A program made the position numbers and the translations under genes. From positions 1 to 39,478 of the forward strand of contig CAYSAC010000005.1 in assembly GCA_964428815.1 (NCBI GenBank): a DNA stretch of 39,478 bases, given 5' to 3'. Positions 33,527-39,478 of this stretch are shown here, piece after piece (within the stretch, counting starts at the first letter, position 1; the number at the start of each line of letters is the position of its first letter). The notes beneath the pieces were generated by a model. That model saw only the letters and a list, made by a program, of their open reading frames with translations, was not told the origin of the DNA and did no database searches. This stretch comes from an uncultured Acidimicrobiaceae bacterium. GTDB lineage: Bacteria; Actinomycetota; Acidimicrobiia; Acidimicrobiales; CAYSAC01.

Positions 33527-33935
33527 CGAGGGCGCCATCCGGATCAGCGGGCTGCGCGAGTTCCGTGCCGGCTTGAAGGCGATGGGCAAGGATCTGCCCA
33601 AGGCGCTGCGGATCGCGTTCAACGACGCCGCCGACATCGTCGTGGCCGATGCCCGGCCCCGGGTGCCCAGCCGTACCGGTAGGGCCAAGGGGACGGTGAA
33701 GGCCCGCTCGACGCAGACCGCAGCCCGGGTCGTCGGCGGCGGCAACAAGGCCCCGTACTACCCGTGGCTGGACTTCGGCGGGAAGATCCCGCGGGGCCCG
33801 TCGAGGCCGTTCCTGAAGGAGGGCCGCTACATCTACAACGCCTACTTCAAGGCGAAGCGCTCCGGCCGGTTCCAGGACGCCCTCCAGAAGGGCCTGGTGG
33901 GCGTGGCCGACTCGGCGGGGATCGAGGTCACCTGA
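33519..33935 (+). CDS. HK97 gp10-like neck/minor tail protein
   Basis: I.GLREF, RVPSRTGR, APYYPWLDFGG. Confidence 0.75.
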   Translation: MASEGAIRISGLREFRAGLKAMGKDLPKALRIAFNDAADIVVADARPRVPSRTGRAKGTVKARSTQTAARVVGGGNKAPYYPWLDFGGKIPRGPSRPFLKEGRYIYNAYFKAKRSGRFQDALQKGLVGVADSAGIEVT

Positions 33936-33936
33936 C

Positions 33937-35025
33937 ATGGCCGGCAAGAACCAGGTACTGCTGACGTTCGCCGGCGATGACTCTGACCTGCAGAGCAAGT
34001 TCACCAAGGTCGGGGCCGGGTCCGAGAAGATGGGCAACAAGGTCGAGCAAAGCGCAGGGAAACTCGACCGCATCGGCGAGGCCGCTGACTCAGGCGACAC
34101 GAAGATGATGGGCCTCGCCGACGGCATCACTGGCGTGTCGGACCTCATGAAGGGGGACCTGTCGGCGGCCGAGTACGCGATGGCGCTGTCAGACCTCGGG
34201 TCGTCGGTGTTCAATTTCGTGATCCCGTCGTTGAAGTTGATGTCCACGTCGCTGCTCGCCAACGGGGCCAGCGCACTCACGTCGGCGGGCCAGCACGTCG
34301 TTGCGGCAGGCACGACGGTGGCCGGGTGGGTAGCGATGGGGTTTCAGGCCACGCTCAACGCGGCGAAGATGGCGGCCGCCTGGCTGATCTCCCTGGGACC
34401 GCTGGCGCTGGTGGTGCTGGCCATCGGCGCCGTGATCGGGATCCTGGCCATGATGGGCATCGGGTTCGACGACGTGAAAGCCGTGGCCGCGGCAACCTGG
34501 GGGTTCAGTACGTCCGCCGCGGGCAAGGCGAAGGACTGGCTGGCCAAGAACTGGCCGCTGGTCCTCGCGATCCTGACCGGCCCGTTCGGGCTGGCGACGC
34601 TGGCCATCGTGCGGAACTGGGGGACGATCACCGAGTTCTTCCGGGGTCTGCCGGGCAAGATCGGTGGGTTCTTCGCAGGGCTGGGGGACATCATCAAGAG
34701 CCCCTTCACCTCGGCGTTCGGGGCCATCAAGCGCCTGTGGAACTCGACCATCGGTGGCTTCGGGTTCTCGGGCTTCGACCCGCCAGGCCCCGGCAGCATC
34801 CCCGGCTTCCGCATCCCCAAGATGCACCAGGGCGGCATGTTCATCGGGCCCGGCGGCCCCGGCTCGGAGGGCCTCGCCCTCCTACAGCACGGCGAGAACG
34901 TGTCCAAGGCCGGCGCCGGGGGCGGGCTCACGATCAACATCATCGTGCAGGGGTCGCTCGTCGCGGAGAACGACATCAAGCAGGTCGTCCGGGATCAGCT
35001 GACCCGGGGCGGGTGGGCCGCCTGA
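33937..35025 (+). CDS. Tape measure protein (short, 362 aa)
   Basis: N-terminal LTFAGD; Ala/Gly-rich with W/F periodicity; C-terminal IPKMHQGG...ALLQHGE. Confidence 0.85.
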   Translation: MAGKNQVLLTFAGDDSDLQSKFTKVGAGSEKMGNKVEQSAGKLDRIGEAADSGDTKMMGLADGITGVSDLMKGDLSAAEYAMALSDLGSSVFNFVIPSLKLMSTSLLANGASALTSAGQHVVAAGTTVAGWVAMGFQATLNAAKMAAAWLISLGPLALVVLAIGAVIGILAMMGIGFDDVKAVAAATWGFSTSAAGKAKDWLAKNWPLVLAILTGPFGLATLAIVRNWGTITEFFRGLPGKIGGFFAGLGDIIKSPFTSAFGAIKRLWNSTIGGFGFSGFDPPGPGSIPGFRIPKMHQGGMFIGPGGPGSEGLALLQHGENVSKAGAGGGLTINIIVQGSLVAENDIKQVVRDQLTRGGWAA

Positions 35026-35213
35026 TGGCCGGGCGCATGACCGACCTCGAGCGGGCCGTGGCCTGCACGGCCGCGGTGACCGCGGCTCTCGTTGCGATGC
35101 GGGCCGGGAACAAGGCGGCCGCCAACGGGCTGCTGGCTCACGCCGCGCACGCCGGGGTGCAGCCGTCCGAGCTCATGGCCGAGGTCGCCGCCCAGACCGG
35201 CGGGACGCTGTGA
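35025..35213 (+). CDS. 62-aa Ala-rich hypothetical protein
   Basis: TGATG and GTGA coupling. Confidence 0.55.
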   Translation: MAGRMTDLERAVACTAAVTAALVAMRAGNKAAANGLLAHAAHAGVQPSELMAEVAAQTGGTL

Positions 35214-36118
35214 CCGGGGTCATCATCCTCAACCAGGGTGAGCAGCACCTGTTGCAGAACGGGTTGACCGGGGTCATCTACACGCTGCGCCTGTACAAGC
35301 TCGACGTGACCGCCGGGCTCACCCCCGACGAGGTCGACCAGCTGACCGAGGCCGACTTCGCCGAAGCGAACTTCACCGGCTACTCCGCCGCGACGCTCGC
35401 TACCGCGGGGTGGACGATCACCCAAGGCGACCCGACCGAAGCGGTCCAGCCTGAGAAGCAGTTCACGTCGTCGGCGAACCAGGCATCCCAGGACATCTGG
35501 GGCTACTACGTCACCCGCAACTCCGACGGCATGGCGATCTGGTTCGAGCCGGGCGACGGACCGGTGCCGATCGCCGCGTTGGGGGACCGCATCGACGTCG
35601 TGGCCGCCATCACCCTCGACGACACGAGAGGACACCAGTTGGAAACCGGCGACATCATCGCGACCGGGCGGTCCACGGTGGGCGTCGGCTGGCTGCTGTG
35701 CAACGGGGCCGCCGTGTCGCGCACCACCTACGCCGACCTGTTCGCCGCGATCAGCACCACCTACGGGATCGGCGACGGGTCGACCACGTTCAACGTGCCC
35801 GACTACCGGCAACGGTTCGTGATGGGCAAGGCCGCCTCCGGTACCGGCGCGGTCCTCGGGTCGGTCGGCGGGAACATCGACCACGTCCACGACCTCGACA
35901 CCGCCACCTCCCACGCCAAGGGTTCGATCGTGTCGGGGACCACCGACAACATCTGGATCCAGCGCAAGACGGTGACCAACTGGAACGCCACGATCGAGGG
36001 CAACCTCGCTGGCGCGGGCGGGGACACTGACCTGTTGGGCAGCGGCACCGCGCTGGGCGGCAGCTCGGCCGCCGCCAACCCGCCGTTCGGTACCGCGAAC
36101 TGGAAGATCAAGACCTGA
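35210..36118 (+). CDS. Minor tail/fibre protein with tail-collar domain
   Basis: GWLLCNGAAVSRTTYADLFAAISTTYG.GDGSTTFNVPD. Confidence 0.88.
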   Translation: MTGVIILNQGEQHLLQNGLTGVIYTLRLYKLDVTAGLTPDEVDQLTEADFAEANFTGYSAATLATAGWTITQGDPTEAVQPEKQFTSSANQASQDIWGYYVTRNSDGMAIWFEPGDGPVPIAALGDRIDVVAAITLDDTRGHQLETGDIIATGRSTVGVGWLLCNGAAVSRTTYADLFAAISTTYGIGDGSTTFNVPDYRQRFVMGKAASGTGAVLGSVGGNIDHVHDLDTATSHAKGSIVSGTTDNIWIQRKTVTNWNATIEGNLAGAGGDTDLLGSGTALGGSSAAANPPFGTANWKIKT

Positions 36119-36122
36119 TCCC

Positions 36123-38621
36123 ATGGCCGTGACCGACGTCGTAGCGACCGGCGGCGCCGTGTTCGGCGGGACCGGGCTGGTCACGTTCACGCCTGGGGGC
36201 GGCAAGGTCGACTCGGGGCTGCGGCTGCTGTGGGACTTCGACAACGACGGCGACTTCTCCGAGACGGTCGAGGAGATCACCGAGCTGCTGTACGAGTTCG
36301 AGGCCAAGACGGGCCGGGACTTCCCCTCCAACGTCATCGGCCTCGCCGGCGCCGGCACCTTCCGGTCGCGGCTCCGCAACGACGGCGACGAGTTCGCGTT
36401 CTTCAACACCGCCAGCCCGCTCAACACCGGGCTCAACTCGCTGCGCACCGGCCGCAAGCTCCGCCTCGAAACCGACGACGTCGCGGAGCTCGACCCCGCG
36501 CTGCTGCTACGCGACCGGTTCACGACCGACGGGCTGCTGGCCGGCACCGAAACCGGCCAGGCGTGGGCCACCGTGTCGTCCGGGCCCGGCGCTGGCACAT
36601 GGATCGTCGCCGCCGGCCGGGCCTCCCCGGTCGCGGCGGACAGCACCAACGAGCAGTACGCCACCGCGGACGTCGGCGCGGATGACCACTACGTGCAGGC
36701 AAGCATCGGCCCGCTGGGCGAGCTCACCATGGCCGGGGTCGTCGCCCGCTACACCGACCCCGGCGACTACGTCATGGCCAGGGTCACCGAGACCGACGGC
36801 GTCGAGCTCGTCGAGGTCGTGGCCGGCACCCCGACCGTGCTCGCCACCTACACGATCAACCCGTGGGACCGCATCGTGGTCGGGCTGCGCGTGCTCGGCG
36901 CAGAGGCCACCGTGTACGTGTCCGGGGCCGAGGTCCTCACCGACACCCTCGCGGCCTCGTCAGGCGGCGACAGCGCCGGTCTCGTGGCGATCTGGGAGTC
37001 CGGCGAAGCGCTGGCCCCCTCGTTCACGGACGCCTGGGTGTTCGAGAACGTGTCGGGGCCGATCACCGGGGTGCTGTGGACCGGTGACGTGTCGTCGCTC
37101 AAGACCACGGCCCCGCCCGGCGGACCGAAGGTCGCGACCCTCGACGGCGAAGGCTGGCTTGCCCGCGCCGCGCTGCCCGACGTCGCCGCCCCCCGCCTCC
37201 CCACTGAAGGCGCACCCACCGGGTTGCTCGTCGGCGACGTCCTCGCCAAGGCCGCGCTGCTGCACCCCCCGGGCCCGGTCGCCCTGGGCACCGTCACGAC
37301 CGGCCCCGTCGGGATCCCCGACGGCAAGGCCCTGACCCTGGCCCGCCTGTTCGAACAAGCCGAGATCGGACTGCTCCACGAAACCCCCGAAGGCCCCGTC
37401 GGCTACCTCGACCGCACCCTCACGGGCAACACCCCGGTCGTCACGTTCTGCGACGACCCCGGGCCCGGGTTGGGTTTCGAGCTGCTCGAGCCATTCGATC
37501 AGCGACGGGCGATCGTCAACCAGGTGACCGCCGGGGTCGCCCCCTCCGTCCCGGACGGCATCGTCCGGGACGCCGACTCTGCCGGCGCCGACGTCGACAT
37601 CGTGTTGCCCGCCGACCTGGAGGGCCAGGACCTCGTGATCGTGGTCGTGGCCAACTCGAAGGGGGTCGACGGCGACGGGGTCGACTGGTTCGTGCCCCGG
37701 TTCTGGACCGAGCACCGCAACCTCAAGACCGCCATCGGGATGCGGATCTACTCCCGGATCGCGGACGGGGCCCGTGGTGTCGTCAGCCCCGACGCCGGCA
37801 CGACGGTCAAGTTCTTCGACGACGCCGGCACCATCGCCGGGCTGTGGGTCGCCGACCTGTGGCGGATCCGGGACTGGTACGGGTCGACCTCGGGCGTGTT
37901 CGTCGGGCAACCCACCTCGGGCTACGACGCCGGCGGCATCGCGCATGGCTGGGCACGTGAACCCACCTGGTTCCTGCTCGTCGCCACCGGCATGGTGTCG
38001 ATCGCCGGCGGCGCCCTCGACGTCCCGTTCGTCGCCCCGCACGGCTACCGCCAGCGCAGCGGTGTCCTGATCAGCTCCGGTGCCTACCAGTACGACGCAG
38101 CGTTCGCTGCGGCCACCAAGATCGACAGCACCGAGGCCGAGGACCCCGGCCTGTTCCGGGCGCTCACCGGGCTCATCATCCCGGAGTCCGTAGTGATCGC
38201 CGTCCGCGGCTACGACGGCGAGCTCACCAAAGCCACCGGCGCCCAACCCGGCCAGCCCGCCGGCCGGTTCACCACCTTCGACGACCATGCGTCGCAGCTC
38301 GAGCAGCGGGCCGTGCGCTCCCACCCCCAGGGTGTCTGCAACCTGTTCGCTGATGAGGGCGACGCCGCCGCCTACGCCGAGGCCATCCTCGCCCGGGCCG
38401 CGGATGACCGGCCCATCTTCGCCCTCACCTTCGAGGCCACCCTGTCGGCCGCCCACCGGGCCCAGGCCGTCGCCCGCCGGGTCGGGCACGTGATCCACCT
38501 GATCGCCGACGGGCCCTCCGGTCACGGGGTGGCCGGCGACTTCACCATCGAGTCGATCACCCACCGGGCCACCAACGCCGGGAAGGTGTGGAAGGTCACG
38601 TGGGAGCTGTCACGAGCGTGA
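36123..38621 (+). CDS. Large minor tail/baseplate protein with inserted beta-sandwich domains
   Basis: 832 aa; WDFDNDGDF, L.N.G..F.P.N, terminal IESITH...W.VTWEL. Confidence 0.75.
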   Translation: MAVTDVVATGGAVFGGTGLVTFTPGGGKVDSGLRLLWDFDNDGDFSETVEEITELLYEFEAKTGRDFPSNVIGLAGAGTFRSRLRNDGDEFAFFNTASPLNTGLNSLRTGRKLRLETDDVAELDPALLLRDRFTTDGLLAGTETGQAWATVSSGPGAGTWIVAAGRASPVAADSTNEQYATADVGADDHYVQASIGPLGELTMAGVVARYTDPGDYVMARVTETDGVELVEVVAGTPTVLATYTINPWDRIVVGLRVLGAEATVYVSGAEVLTDTLAASSGGDSAGLVAIWESGEALAPSFTDAWVFENVSGPITGVLWTGDVSSLKTTAPPGGPKVATLDGEGWLARAALPDVAAPRLPTEGAPTGLLVGDVLAKAALLHPPGPVALGTVTTGPVGIPDGKALTLARLFEQAEIGLLHETPEGPVGYLDRTLTGNTPVVTFCDDPGPGLGFELLEPFDQRRAIVNQVTAGVAPSVPDGIVRDADSAGADVDIVLPADLEGQDLVIVVVANSKGVDGDGVDWFVPRFWTEHRNLKTAIGMRIYSRIADGARGVVSPDAGTTVKFFDDAGTIAGLWVADLWRIRDWYGSTSGVFVGQPTSGYDAGGIAHGWAREPTWFLLVATGMVSIAGGALDVPFVAPHGYRQRSGVLISSGAYQYDAAFAAATKIDSTEAEDPGLFRALTGLIIPESVVIAVRGYDGELTKATGAQPGQPAGRFTTFDDHASQLEQRAVRSHPQGVCNLFADEGDAAAYAEAILARAADDRPIFALTFEATLSAAHRAQAVARRVGHVIHLIADGPSGHGVAGDFTIESITHRATNAGKVWKVTWELSRA

Positions 38622-38634
38622 CGAAAGGACCGTG

Positions 38635-39478
38635 ATGCCCACGATCGATCTCCGCCCCGACGGGCTGAACGCCTTCCTCTACCCGGCCAACCCGGGGCCC
38701 GTCACCCTCGTGTGGCCCGCCGACGAGCTCACCGGCCGCACCTTCACGTCGACGCTCAACGCCCTGCCGGTCACCGTCGACATCGCCGGCGACACCATGA
38801 CCGTCACCGCCAGCCCCGCACAGACTGCCGCGCTCGCTCCGGGTCAGGCCGTCAACTGGCTGCTCACCGAGACGACCGGTGCCGACGACGTCGTCGTGTT
38901 GGCGGGCCGGTGGGTCGCCGACGACGGGCCCGCCGCCCAGGTGTCGCAGTCGTTCACCGTGACGGTCGCCGGCACCACGGTCTCGGTGGACATCTCGGGG
39001 GCCGCGGCGCTCGGAACCCATCTGGTCGACCACGACGCCCACGGCGACGCGTTCGTCACCCGGCCCCGCGGGTGGGGTGACCGCTGGGCAGCGGCACTGC
39101 AGGAGGCCGGCACGAGGCTGGTGCGGTTCGGGGTGGTGGGCGACAGCGTCTCCTGCGGGATCTTCACCGGCGACCACGATCTCGGGTGGGTGGGCCGGTC
39201 GCGCACCGCGCTGCAGGCCCGTCACGGCGACGGCGGCAGCGGGTGGTTGGACTGGTTCAACACCTCTACCGGTTTCTTCGGTGGGCCCGGCGGCCCGGAT
39301 AACGGCGACACCACAGCGACCGGGGCGTGGACCGACATCCTCGGCGGCGGCGTCAACGGCCAAGCCCGCCGCCCCACCGTGTCGGGCAACGGCGCCACGA
39401 TGACGTTCCACCCGCGGGGCACGACGATCGACATCGTGACCCGCACCGACCCGACGTTCGGGCGCTACGACTACCAGA
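38635..39478 (+). CDS. N-terminal part of SGNH-hydrolase tail-associated protein (~510 aa in total, ends at 730)
   Basis: AAAGGA SD; open to window end; VVGDSVSCG SGNH block I; absent from ORF track because the stop lies across the join. Confidence 0.82.
   Translation, partial: MPTIDLRPDGLNAFLYPANPGPVTLVWPADELTGRTFTSTLNALPVTVDIAGDTMTVTASPAQTAALAPGQAVNWLLTETTGADDVVVLAGRWVADDGPAAQVSQSFTVTVAGTTVSVDISGAAALGTHLVDHDAHGDAFVTRPRGWGDRWAAALQEAGTRLVRFGVVGDSVSCGIFTGDHDLGWVGRSRTALQARHGDGGSGWLDWFNTSTGFFGGPGGPDNGDTTATGAWTDILGGGVNGQARRPTVSGNGATMTFHPRGTTIDIVTRTDPTFGRYDYQ
39438..39478. repeat. Terminal 41-bp exact overlap (right copy)
   Basis: Identical to 1-41. Confidence 0.97.

Overview
This window is an apparently complete, circularly assembled genome of a temperate, high-GC actinobacterial siphophage (~39.4 kb; bases 1-41 are identical to 39438-39478, and one gene reads through that join). 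Gene order is: lysis cassette (amidase, membrane proteins, holin) invaded by two HNH endonucleases; large serine integrase; a small ribbon-helix-helix (RHH) regulator controlling an accessory operon; a cI/cro switch; many small early genes; two WhiB proteins; Cas4-like exonuclease and SSB-like protein; two DNA methyltransferases; primase-helicase; RuvC; then packaging, head and tail genes. The most unusual part is the packaging/head module. There is no recognisable small terminase, the packaging HNH is in one ORF with TerL across a cos-like site, and portal, prohead protease, scaffold and major capsid protein form one ~1036-aa ORF with in-frame SD+GTG restarts at both domain junctions and a recurring candidate cleavage motif. 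Also notable: ~400 nt of back-to-back hairpins in the early operon, a second RHH switch with a 4x9-bp operator, an antisense HNH that appears to have duplicated the endolysin start, a UUU_CGA +1 frameshift site in the tail chaperone, and an Lsr2-type domain among the head genes. About eight single-base homopolymer frameshifts suggest residual sequencing error, so the fusion calls need read-level checks. All product calls come from motifs read by eye; no database searches were run.
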